Assembly (NCBI RefSeq): GCF_004376175.1
Contig: NZ_SNUY01000049.1
Coordinates: 1 to 24,260 of the forward strand
DNA from: Halalkalibacterium halodurans
GTDB lineage: Bacteria > Bacillota > Bacilli > Bacillales > Bacillaceae_D
Direction: 5' to 3'
DNA length: 24,260 nt
The stretch's first letter is position 1, and every line of letters starts with the position of its first letter. Positions 9,401 to 15,955 of this stretch are shown in pieces. The position numbers were made by a program, and so were the translations under genes. The notes beneath the pieces were generated by a model. It had not been told where the DNA came from and made no database searches. It saw nothing but the letters and a program-made list of their open reading frames with translations.

Positions 9401-9610
9401 AATCTCAGTGGTGAGTTGTACAATCTTTTCAAAACAGAAGGGTATCAGTCGGGAACCTCTAGAGGGACGGAATCCGTTGGTTTAATGGTGGGGCTGTCTG
9501 GATTTGGTTATGGACTTTTAAGTGCTGCTTATCCATCTGCCGTTCCTTCTATACTAACGCTAGACGGCGAAATTCAAAAATACCGTGAACCGCATGAGGC
9601 GAATCATTAA
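6431..9610 (+). CDS. halM1: Class II lanthipeptide synthetase (LanM), paired with the alpha precursor
   Basis: The dehydratase motifs are VYKPRS, DFHFENII and IDLETII. The cyclase motifs are FSHGVSG, WCHGAPG and CHGDFG. I place the start at ATG 6431, 6 nt after AAGGAG. ATG 6413 is an alternative. The track start at 6341 overlaps halA1 and is unlikely. Confidence 0.92.
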   Translation: MRELQNALYFSEVVFGPNLEKIVGEKRLNFWLKLIGEDPENLKEFLSRKGNSFEEQTLPEKEAIVPNRLGEEALEKVREELEFLNTYSTKHVRRVKELGVQIPFEGILLPFISMYIEKFQQQQLRKKIGPIHEEIWTQIVQDITSKLNAILHRTLILELNVARVTSQLKGDTPEERFAYYSKTYLGKREVTHRLYSEYPVVLRLLFTTISHHISFITEILERVANDREAIETEFSPCSPIGTLASLHLNSGDAHHKQRTVTILEFSSSLKLVYKPRSLKVDGVFNGLLAFLNDRTGEVIKDQYCPKVLQRDGYGYVEFVTHQSCQSLEEVSDFYERLGSLMSLSYVLNSSDFHFENIIAHGPYPVLIDLETIIHNTADSSEETSTAMDRAFRMLNDSVLSTGMLPSSIYYRDQPNMKGLNVGGVSKSEGQKTPFKVNQIANRNTDEMRIEKDHVTLSSQKNLPIFQSAAMESVHFLDQIQKGFTSMYQWIEKNKQEFKEQVRKFEGVPVRAVLRSTTRYTELLKSSYHPDLLRSALDREVLLNRLTVDSVMTPYLKEIIPLEVEDLLNGDVPYFYTLPEERALYQEASAINSTFFTTSIFHKIDQKIDKLGIEDHTQQMKILHMSMLASNANHYADVADLDIQKGHTIKNEQYVEMAKDIGDYLMELSVEGENQGEPDLCWISTVLEGSSEIIWDISPVGEDLYNGSAGVALFYAYLFKITGEKRYQEIAYKALVPVRRSVAQFQHHPNWSIGAFNGASGYLYAMGTIAALFNDERLKHEVTRSIPHIEPMIHEDKIYDFIGGSAGALKVFLSLSGLFDEPKFLELAIACSEHLMKNAIKTDQGIGWKPPWEVTPLTGFSHGVSGVMASFIELYQQTGDERLLSYIDQSLAYERSFFSEQEENWLTPNKETPVVAWCHGAPGILVSRLLLKKCGYLDEKVEKEIEVALSTTIRKGLGNNRSLCHGDFGQLEILRFAAEVLGDSYLQEVVNNLSGELYNLFKTEGYQSGTSRGTESVGLMVGLSGFGYGLLSAAYPSAVPSILTLDGEIQKYREPHEANH

Positions 9611-9647
9611 CAATGAACATCATTGGGAAGACAGGAGGTTTGTACTA

Positions 9648-9728
9648 ATGGAGTGGAATGTACTAGTTGGCGTAATTATTATTTTTGCAGTGGCAATCGG
9701 TTTGTTTTCAATTAAGAAAAAAAAGTAA
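9648..9728 (+). CDS. Small hydrophobic peptide of 26 aa, with one TM helix and a KKKK tail. Its function is unknown. It is a candidate accessory or immunity peptide.
   Basis: Hand translation gives MEWNVLVGVIIIFAVAIGLFSIKKKK followed by a stop. AGGAGG (9633-9638) lies 9 nt upstream of the ATG. The ORF sits 37 nt after halM1 and before the terminator at 9738-9761, so it is probably co-transcribed. It is below the 60-aa cut-off of the supplied track. Confidence 0.45.
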   Translation: MEWNVLVGVIIIFAVAIGLFSIKKKK

Positions 9729-9737
9729 GAAAGTGGA

Positions 9738-9761
9738 GGGAGGTTCTAGTGAGAGCCTCCC
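9738..9761. terminator. Rho-independent terminator closing the halA1-halM1 small-ORF transcript. It may act in both directions.
   Basis: GGGAGGTTCT pairs with AGAGCCTCCC (10 bp, one G-U pair) around the loop AGTG. ATTTCTTT follows on the plus strand. On the minus strand the hairpin is followed by a T-rich run, the complement of A8 at 9717-9724. Confidence 0.6.
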
Positions 9762-9776
9762 ATTTCTTTATCAAGC

Positions 9777-10070
9777 TTAAAATTTTCGTTGTAAATAAAG
9801 CCAGTAACAAAGCGCACTAATAAGAGTCAAGGAGAACATCGTTGTCGTCAAAGATCGAAATGTTGTATAGGTCATTTCAATCCAACCTGAAATAAGGATC
9901 AAGAACGACAATCCTGCCATGACAAAGAAAAATGAAAAGCGGAACAGACGGTATTGCATCGCCTGTGCTCGTTCATCGTCACCTTCGCGTTTCATTATGA
10001 TCATAAGAACAATAAACACTAAAAAGGTAATGCTGCTGATGGCATTTAAAAAGGGGATCCATGTTTCCAC
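9777..10070 (-). CDS. Small integral membrane protein of 97 aa with about 3 TM segments, translationally coupled to the upstream XRE regulator. It is CylR1-like in size and topology.
   Basis: The GTG start at 10070 lies 2 nt after the regulator's TAA stop. The sequence GAGGAGGAG inside the last codons of the regulator acts as its RBS. Three hydrophobic stretches are visible: ISSITFLVFIVLMII, FSFFFVMAGLSFLILISGWI and MFSLTLISALCYWLYL. Confidence 0.7.
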   Translation of the reverse strand: METWIPFLNAISSITFLVFIVLMIIMKREGDDERAQAMQYRLFRFSFFFVMAGLSFLILISGWIEMTYTTFRSLTTTMFSLTLISALCYWLYLQRKF

Positions 10071-10072
10071 TT

Positions 10073-10297
10073 TTACTCCTCCTCGTCCTGTATGTATTGG
10101 AAAACTTCATGAATATCGGCATTAAGCGCATGTGCGATTTCAAACGCTAACGCCAGTGAAGGGACATATTTATTTTTTTCAATTGAAATGATCGTTTGTC
10201 TTGTAACACCGGCACGTTCGGCCAACTGCTTTTGTGTCATGCTGTTCTCTGCTCGTAAGACGTTAATTCGATTCGAGATCTTCCCCTTTTTCTTCAT
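10073..10297 (-). CDS. XRE/Cro-CI family helix-turn-helix transcriptional regulator of 74 aa, CylR2-like
   Basis: The sequence is MKKKGKISNRINVLRAENSMTQKQLAERAGVTRQTIISIEKNKYVPSLALAFEIAHALNADIHEVFQYIQDEEE, a classic HTH_3 core (Q..LA...GV.RQTI..IE). I chose the ATG at 10297 because GGCGGTGA lies upstream. The track's GTG at 10333 is less likely. Confidence 0.85.
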   Translation of the reverse strand: MKKKGKISNRINVLRAENSMTQKQLAERAGVTRQTIISIEKNKYVPSLALAFEIAHALNADIHEVFQYIQDEEE

Positions 10298-10338
10298 GAA
10301 CTCATCACCGCCCTTCTGATTGTGTAGCCTCACAAATC

Positions 10339-10367
10339 ATACTAAAGAAAAACCTTCTTTGTGTAAA
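10339..10367 (-). promoter_or_regulatory. Candidate promoter of the XRE and membrane-protein bicistron, with an inverted repeat in the spacer
   Basis: The minus strand reads TTTACA (10367-10362), a 17-nt spacer, then TAGTAT (10344-10339). The spacer contains AAAGAA-N5-TTCTTT (10344-10360 on the plus strand). Confidence 0.4.
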
Positions 10368-10542
10368 GTTTATTTTACAGGTTGCTTACTAAAGATAATA
10401 GAACACCTGTTTTAGGATGAAAGATCTTTTTTTGCCATTGCGATTATTGATTTTTTTATATAAAAATGGTATTTTTTTATGATAAAATGAGTGTTATCAA
10501 CGGCTAGTAGGTAATTAATCATAGCGCCATAAGGAGGATGAC

Positions 10543-10914
10543 ATGAGGTATAAGCGGGAAGAAGCGTTTCGGTATGAGTTTCCTACACCGATCATTACGA
10601 CTTTACTCGTCTATGAGGAAGGGGAATTACTCGCGAAAGACGAGCGATGTGAAGTGATCAATATGAGCCTTGGCGGAGCGCGAATTAGAAGCTCCTTAAA
10701 TATAAAAAATCATTCTAGAGTAGAACTTCGATATATGATGGTTCAAAACAACGTCATGCTCATGTTACCTGGAGATATTGTCTGGAAGGAATCTACGTAT
10801 ACACATCAACATTATGGATTAAAGCTCGTCCTTGATGTGGAGGCGGAAGATCGTTTACTAAGGGACTTAAAAGCACGTGCAAAAATTATACAATCTCTTC
10901 CTGATAAGACTTGA
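10543..10914 (+). CDS. PilZ-domain-like protein of 123 aa
   Basis: INMSLGG fits the (D/N)xSxxG PilZ motif. About 30 residues upstream, KREEAFR is only an imperfect RxxxR motif, with one extra residue. The RBS AAGGAGG lies upstream. Confidence 0.5.
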   Translation: MRYKREEAFRYEFPTPIITTLLVYEEGELLAKDERCEVINMSLGGARIRSSLNIKNHSRVELRYMMVQNNVMLMLPGDIVWKESTYTHQHYGLKLVLDVEAEDRLLRDLKARAKIIQSLPDKT

Positions 10915-10976
10915 TATCCTTTATAATGAAAGAAGTTTAAAGGCAGGGTGATCAGTCACTTGAATGGAGGACGAAT

Positions 10977-11300
10977 GTGAAACGCGTATTAAACTATTTT
11001 AGACGAATGAAATTTTTATTGAGGTTTTCGCGGTCGCTTCCGTTTTTTCGTGAGTTCTTCTTTACAAAACAGATTTCAGTGAAAAAAAAGCTTATAGGTG
11101 TAGCTTTGATTGTGGGGTACGCGCTGTTTCCTTATGATCTTATTCCCGACTTTTTGCTTGGGATTGGGATTCTTGATGATGTCTTTGTCGCCACACTTGT
11201 TTTAAATTGGTTTATGAAGCTAGCGCCAGAACAATTAAAGACAAAGTATCAATTAATTGAGAAAAAAGATGATTCATCTGAGAATCCACGCATTAATTAA
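10977..11300 (+). CDS. DUF1232 (YkvA-like) membrane protein
   Basis: FPYDLIPDFLLGIGILDD matches the DUF1232 signature (P.DliPDf.p.lG.lDD). The GTG start at 10977 lies 6 nt after GGAGG. Confidence 0.65.
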   Translation: MKRVLNYFRRMKFLLRFSRSLPFFREFFFTKQISVKKKLIGVALIVGYALFPYDLIPDFLLGIGILDDVFVATLVLNWFMKLAPEQLKTKYQLIEKKDDSSENPRIN

Positions 11301-11313
11301 CGCGTGGATTCTC
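11280..11313. terminator. Near-perfect 34-bp palindrome spanning the overlapping stop codons of two convergent genes. It is a candidate shared bidirectional terminator.
   Basis: GAGAATCCACGC (11280-11291) pairs with GCGTGGATTCTC (11302-11313) around a loop containing TTAATTAA. T-rich sequence follows on both strands. Confidence 0.5.
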
Positions 11314-12415
11314 CTTTTATAAAACGCCAAATCCCATTCAGTACGTTCGCTTGGTACAATGAGAGGAGAAGGACAAGAAGGACGGGCCCGATCACGAGGC
11401 CGAGTACACCGAATAGCTGCAGTCCAGCAAATAGTGAGATTAGTGTCGCAAGTGGGTTTAACCCGAGGCTCGACGAGAGTACCTTCGGCTCGGCTAATTG
11501 GCGAATGAGCACGGTTAAGCCGTAAAGAGCTAAAAGTCCGACGCCAAGAAACAGGTTACCTGTCACAATGCTATAGATCCCCCAAGGAATAAGAATGATA
11601 CCCGTTCCTAAATAGGGGAGCAAATCTACAAGCCCAATAATGAGGGCGATCGTAAATGGATGCTCCACTTGAAGAACGAGCAACCCAATAAAGTTGATGA
11701 GCGCCGTTAAGCTGATGAGAATGACTTGTGCTGTAATGAACCCGAATACTTTCGTTTTTAAATCCTTGATTACATCGAGGGTTCGCCTTCGTACAATAAA
11801 GGGAAGTCTGGTCCTTGCAGCCATTTTAAATTTGTTCCAATCTTTACTGATGAAATAAAGGCCTAAAATAATAAAAACAACAACCGTCAATGTCAAAGGA
11901 AGGGCACTGACAATGTGAGAAAGGCCATTGGCGATTGCTTGTCCTAAATTGCCAAGCAAAGAAGCGAGTTGTCCTCCTAGCTGTTGAATCCCTTCTTCTA
12001 GTGCTCTTTGTTGGGAGGGCTCTAAGCGATCAATGAGACCAAGCCCTTGATTCCAAAGGGGTAAAATTTGTTCGTTCACATAGTTTTGGATCGTCATGGA
12101 AATCCGTTCAATTTGCGTCGGAACCATTAAGGACAAGTAGCGGAATCCATCGATCATTTTCACAATCATGATGGTAACGAGCCCGCCGATTAAGCCAAAT
12201 AGGAGTAACAAACTGACGAGAACAGCCAATGGGCGGGGAAGACGAATATCCTTTTCTAACGTATTCACGATCGGGTTCATGAAAAAAGCAAGCAGCGCTG
12301 CGATGAGAAACGGATATGTGAGAGACAAAAAGAAATATAGCGCATAGAGACCAGTTGCAATAAGCAGGGCAACGATGAGAAGTCGAGCGATCAGTAGTAA
12401 TGTGGGATGATTCAT
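11297..12415 (-). CDS. AI-2E family transporter (UPF0118, YtvI-like integral membrane protein)
   Basis: This polytopic membrane protein has the family-typical N-terminus (LTYPFLIAALLAFFMNPIV) and a central soluble insert. I chose the ATG at 12415, 9 nt after AGGAG. The track start at 12457 overlaps uppP. Confidence 0.75.
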   Translation of the reverse strand: MNHPTLLLIARLLIVALLIATGLYALYFFLSLTYPFLIAALLAFFMNPIVNTLEKDIRLPRPLAVLVSLLLLFGLIGGLVTIMIVKMIDGFRYLSLMVPTQIERISMTIQNYVNEQILPLWNQGLGLIDRLEPSQQRALEEGIQQLGGQLASLLGNLGQAIANGLSHIVSALPLTLTVVVFIILGLYFISKDWNKFKMAARTRLPFIVRRRTLDVIKDLKTKVFGFITAQVILISLTALINFIGLLVLQVEHPFTIALIIGLVDLLPYLGTGIILIPWGIYSIVTGNLFLGVGLLALYGLTVLIRQLAEPKVLSSSLGLNPLATLISLFAGLQLFGVLGLVIGPVLLVLLLSLYQANVLNGIWRFIKGESTR

Positions 12416-12434
12416 GATCATGCGCTCCTTTCCT

Positions 12435-13259
12435 TTAACTGAGCAATGAAAGTACAATCAAGCCAGCGAGCCAACAATAGAGAGCAAAATAGATCAGTTT
12501 CCCGTGTCTCATTATGTTCATAAACCATAGCAATGACACATAGGAGGCGATGAATGAGCCGATAAAAGCAATGGTATAAGGGATCCATAGAGCGGTGAAA
12601 TGTGGATCTTGCACGATGTCGGAAATGGCAAGCACTCCAGAGCCGAGACTGATCGGAATGTACAAGAAAAAGGAAAATCGCAAGGCCGTTTCTTGTCTCC
12701 ATCCCAGTCCCATGGCAGCGACAATAGTGGCGCCAGAGCGACTAATGCCAGGGATGAGAGCAGCTGTCTGTGCTAAGCCGACGAGCAGCGCATCTTTTAA
12801 GGTGATGTCTCCATCTTGTTTTCTTCCATTTAAATGGCGAATGAGCCAAAGAGCCATTCCTGTTATGAGTAAAGCAAATGCAATCACATGAAGCTGCTTT
12901 AATTCTGTTTCAATCCAATCTTTGAACAGCAGCGCGGCGAGGACTGCTGGAACGGTTGCTAACAGGAGATTAAACGAGATCCGGAAATCGCCTTTTCCTT
13001 GCGCATCTTGATACAGTACGTATCGTGCCGATCCTTTGACGAGCTTGAGCAAATCGAACCGATAAATGGCGATGACGGCAAAGAGGGAAGCAAAGTTGAC
13101 CATTACCTCAAAGCTCAGTCCTTCAGTTTCGACGCCAAGAAAATGCTGAAGCAGAACAAGATGCCCGCTTGAGGAAACAGGAATCGGCTCGGTAAAGCCT
13201 TGAAATAGCCCTAATAGTAAATACTTGATTAATAGCCAAAGCTCTTGACTCCACTCCAC
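12435..13259 (-). CDS. uppP: Undecaprenyl-diphosphate phosphatase (BacA/UppP)
   Basis: The two signature motifs are FTEPIPVSSSGHL (E-x-x-P-V-S-S-x-G-H) and PGISRSGATI. The protein is 274 aa with about 8 TM segments and a GTG start. Confidence 0.9.
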   Translation of the reverse strand: MEWSQELWLLIKYLLLGLFQGFTEPIPVSSSGHLVLLQHFLGVETEGLSFEVMVNFASLFAVIAIYRFDLLKLVKGSARYVLYQDAQGKGDFRISFNLLLATVPAVLAALLFKDWIETELKQLHVIAFALLITGMALWLIRHLNGRKQDGDITLKDALLVGLAQTAALIPGISRSGATIVAAMGLGWRQETALRFSFFLYIPISLGSGVLAISDIVQDPHFTALWIPYTIAFIGSFIASYVSLLWFMNIMRHGKLIYFALYCWLAGLIVLSLLS

Positions 13260-13367
13260 TTTCGATCTTCCCCTTTTTCATCAATAGTTAGACATGCTCT
13301 ATCGTATGAGTTTTTAAGAGGAATCATGACCGATTCTCATAAAGTGGGAATGAAAAGGAGGACGAGC

Positions 13368-14324
13368 TTAATTTCGCCAAATGATATAGACCATATACCC
13401 AATGTAAAAGGAAGCGAGAATCAGGCCTTCATATTTTCCGACCGTGTAGCGTGTTCTCGAGAAGACGAGTAGAAGCAGCGTCAGGAAAATAAGCAACAGT
13501 AAGTCGACAACGACGCGGCTATCTACGTGCATCGGGGTGATGGTGGCGGCTGTCCCTAGAACGAAAAAAATGTTAAAGATCGAACTGCCAACAATGTTCC
13601 CGAGTGCGATCTCGCTTTCCTTCTTCAAGGCAGCCGTTAACGAGGTTACTAACTCAGGTAATGATGTTCCAATCGCAACAATCGTTAATCCGACTAACGT
13701 CTCACTCATTCCGTGAGAAAAGGCGATCGCCGTGCTATGCCTAATGACGAGTTCGCCACCGCCAATAATCATGGCAAGCCCAAGAATGGAGAGGAATATG
13801 TTTTTCCCCCATGTTGGCTTGATAGCGAAATCTTGGGCTATTTTCTGTTCACGTGGACTTGTTCGCGCCACCTCAAAAATGTAATAAAGGAAAACGCAAA
13901 AGATCAGTAACAAGATCAACCCTTCGCTGCGGGATAACGTACTTTCCACTGCCCCTTCAATCATTTGGTCATTAATAAATATGTATAGCGCAATGCTTGC
14001 GAGAAGGGTGAACGGAATTTCCTTACGCAATGTCGCGTTTGTCACAATTAATGGTGAGAGGAGGGCGGTAAGCCCAACGACAAGGGTAATGTTAAACATA
14101 TTACTCCCAATAACATTTCCTAAGGCCACGTCAGGATTCCCGTTCAAAGCCGCGATAATACTCGCGGTCGCTTCAGGAGAGCTTGTGCCAAAGGCAACGA
14201 TTGTTAACCCAATTAAAAGAGGTGAGACGTTTAACAAGCGAGCGATAGATGATGAACCATCGACAAAAAAATCGGCTCCTTTGATGAGTAAGGCAAAGCC
14301 TAGCAATAAGAGAACATAGCTCAT
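13368..14324 (-). CDS. CaCA-family cation/calcium antiporter (YrbG-type Na+/Ca2+ exchanger)
   Basis: Two alpha-repeat motifs are present, GNVIGSNMFNI and GNIVGSSIFNI, in a 318-aa protein with about 10 TM segments. Confidence 0.85.
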   Translation of the reverse strand: MSYVLLLLGFALLIKGADFFVDGSSSIARLLNVSPLLIGLTIVAFGTSSPEATASIIAALNGNPDVALGNVIGSNMFNITLVVGLTALLSPLIVTNATLRKEIPFTLLASIALYIFINDQMIEGAVESTLSRSEGLILLLIFCVFLYYIFEVARTSPREQKIAQDFAIKPTWGKNIFLSILGLAMIIGGGELVIRHSTAIAFSHGMSETLVGLTIVAIGTSLPELVTSLTAALKKESEIALGNIVGSSIFNIFFVLGTAATITPMHVDSRVVVDLLLLIFLTLLLLVFSRTRYTVGKYEGLILASFYIGYMVYIIWRN

Positions 14325-14574
14325 TTCATCTCACCTTTCCATTACGTATTGATCAAGGGTTAGCAAAGCGCTCTTATGTAAACTGGTTTTTGGATTTTTT
14401 GACGGTTTGCCTTTAGTATACCTAGTGAATTAAAAATGTGTGTGGGAAAATGATGTAAAATCAAATGACTTTTTGCACTTTATGAAAGCGAATCGGCTAT
14501 TAAAACATTAAAAAAATAGTATGGTCACAGGGCTGTTAGTAAGTATCAGAATAAGAATCGAAAGGAGCCGAGAG

Positions 14575-15079
14575 ATGATTACCATTGAACCTGCAAAAAA
14601 GCAGCATGTTGAGGGCATTGTTCGAGTTTGTTCTGAAGGTTATCGTCAGACCTATAGAGAAACATATTCAACGGAGTACATGGAGCGAGTCATTCGGGAA
14701 ATTTTATGACTACGAACGGATTGAAAAGGAATTAAAAGTGTCGCAAGAATGGGGCGGGTGGTTTGTGGCAATCGATGATGGACAGGTGATTGGTGCTGGG
14801 GCGGGTGGTTTGACTGCTGATCATGTAGGAGAAATCTTCGTCTTGTATATGGACCCTGTCCGGCGCGGGGAAGGAGTAGGCACTGAGTTATTAGAAGCGA
14901 TTACAGCTCAGCAAAAGGAGTTTGGTGCAATGGAACAATGGGTTTCCGTAGCGAAAGGAAACGAGAAAGGCATTCCTTTTTATGAAGCAAAAGGCTTTAT
15001 TTGCATAGATGAGAGGAAGTCGTATGCAACGACTGAAGAGGAAGCGTATACATCGTTACGTTATAAGCGAAGCATATGA
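14575..15079 (+). pseudogene. GNAT-family N-acetyltransferase interrupted by a +1 frameshift near 14699-14705
   Basis: The N-terminal part is MITIEPAKKQHVEGIVRVCSEGYRQTYRETYSTEYMERVIRE, in the frame of ORF 14521-14709. The C-terminal part is FYDYERIEKEL...VLYMDPVRRGEGVGTELLEA...FYEAKGF, in the frame of ORF 14585-15079. The two join if one base is removed from the A3T4 run. The Q/RxxGxG-like acetyl-CoA motif RRGEGVG is present. Confidence 0.6.
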
Positions 15080-15110
15080 AACGAGGAGCTTGATGGCTCC
15101 TCGTTTATTT
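15079..15110 (+). terminator. Rho-independent terminator after the GNAT gene
   Basis: AAACGAGGAGC pairs with GCTCCTCGTTT around the loop TTGATG and is followed by ATTT. Confidence 0.6.
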
Positions 15111-15166
15111 GTGTCCTTAAAATTCCATTCATAGTTGGTGGTAGCGAGCTTTCTGATGGTTAAACT

Positions 15167-15835
15167 TTATAGCCCCTCATCCTCAAATCGCTTCAAATCA
15201 TTTTTATGGCCGATGACAATTAATAGATCACGGTTTTTAATCATTTCATCCGGAACCGGTGAGACATTAATCTCTTCCCCACGCTTAATCGCTAAAATCG
15301 TCACACCATATTTTGCCCGTACGTCTAACTCGATCAATGTTTTCCCAGCTACTTTTTCCGTAGCTAACAATTCCATAATACTGTACTCATCAGAGAGTTC
15401 GATAAAATCAACAACTTTTTCAGATGACAAGCTTTGGGCAATTCGCATCCCCATCTCATATTCAGGATGGATGATCCGGTCTGCTCCAATTTTATCTAAC
15501 ACTTTATGATGGTAATGGTTTTGTGCCTTCACCCAGACATTTTTAATGTCCATTTCTTTCAATAGCAGAGTAGCTAAAATACTTGCTTGAATATCTTCGC
15601 CAATACAGACAATGACATAATCAAAATTGCGGATTCCGAGTGACGTTAGTGCCTTTTCGTCTGTCGCTTCTGCAACGACTGTGTGTGTTGCTGTTGCTGT
15701 AAATTCATTCACTTTATCAGCATTTTTATCGATCGCAAGTACTTCATGTCCCATGCTATATAATTCGCGACATATACTACCGCCAAATCGGCCCAAACCA
15801 ATAACAGCGAACTGCTTTTTCTCCCGCTTTGCCAC
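15167..15835 (-). CDS. ktrA: Potassium uptake gating subunit, KtrA/KtrC type (RCK: TrkA-N plus TrkA-C)
   Basis: The protein has FAVIGLGRFGGSICRELYSMGHEVLAID (a GxGxxG Rossmann fold). It shows strong overall resemblance to B. subtilis KtrA as I recall it (IGADRIIHPE, DEYSI.ELLAT, RAKYG.TILAIK). I prefer the GTG at 15835, 9 nt after GGGAG, over the track's GTG at 15841. No ktrB gene is adjacent. Confidence 0.85.
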   Translation of the reverse strand: MAKREKKQFAVIGLGRFGGSICRELYSMGHEVLAIDKNADKVNEFTATATHTVVAEATDEKALTSLGIRNFDYVIVCIGEDIQASILATLLLKEMDIKNVWVKAQNHYHHKVLDKIGADRIIHPEYEMGMRIAQSLSSEKVVDFIELSDEYSIMELLATEKVAGKTLIELDVRAKYGVTILAIKRGEEINVSPVPDEMIKNRDLLIVIGHKNDLKRFEDEGL

Positions 15836-15926
15836 CGGCACTCACTCCCTATCTATGTTTAAAAGTTATCTAATCCATTCTATATGGGGCCTTTACATTT
15901 GTTTTAGGAATCGTTCATCCTACTTG

Positions 15927-15955
15927 ATCTTACCCGTCCATAATCTGGATGTCAA
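15927..15955 (-). promoter_or_regulatory. Candidate sigma-A promoter of ktrA
   Basis: The minus strand reads TTGACA (15955-15950), a 17-nt spacer, then TAAGAT (15932-15927). The resulting leader is about 80 nt. Confidence 0.5.

Noticed and set aside
6454-9432. Minus-strand ORFs inside halM1 (6454-6771, 7685-7870 and 9091-9432), and plus-strand ORFs inside halT and halM2 (767-961, 2356-2574 and 2873-3064)
   Set aside because: They are antisense shadows within long, motif-supported LanM and LanT genes.
494-9610. The possibility that the lanthipeptide locus is a previously undescribed system
   Set aside because: Both precursor peptide sequences match what I remember of HalA1 and HalA2 (haloduracin, B. 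halodurans C-125). The gene order (T-M2-A2 / A1-M1) also fits. I am treating it as a known system pending a BLAST check.
12418-12891. Three ORFs (12418-12702, 12518-12724 and 12595-12891) inside or antisense to uppP
   Set aside because: They are nested within a gene that has unambiguous UppP signature motifs. They show no independent signals.
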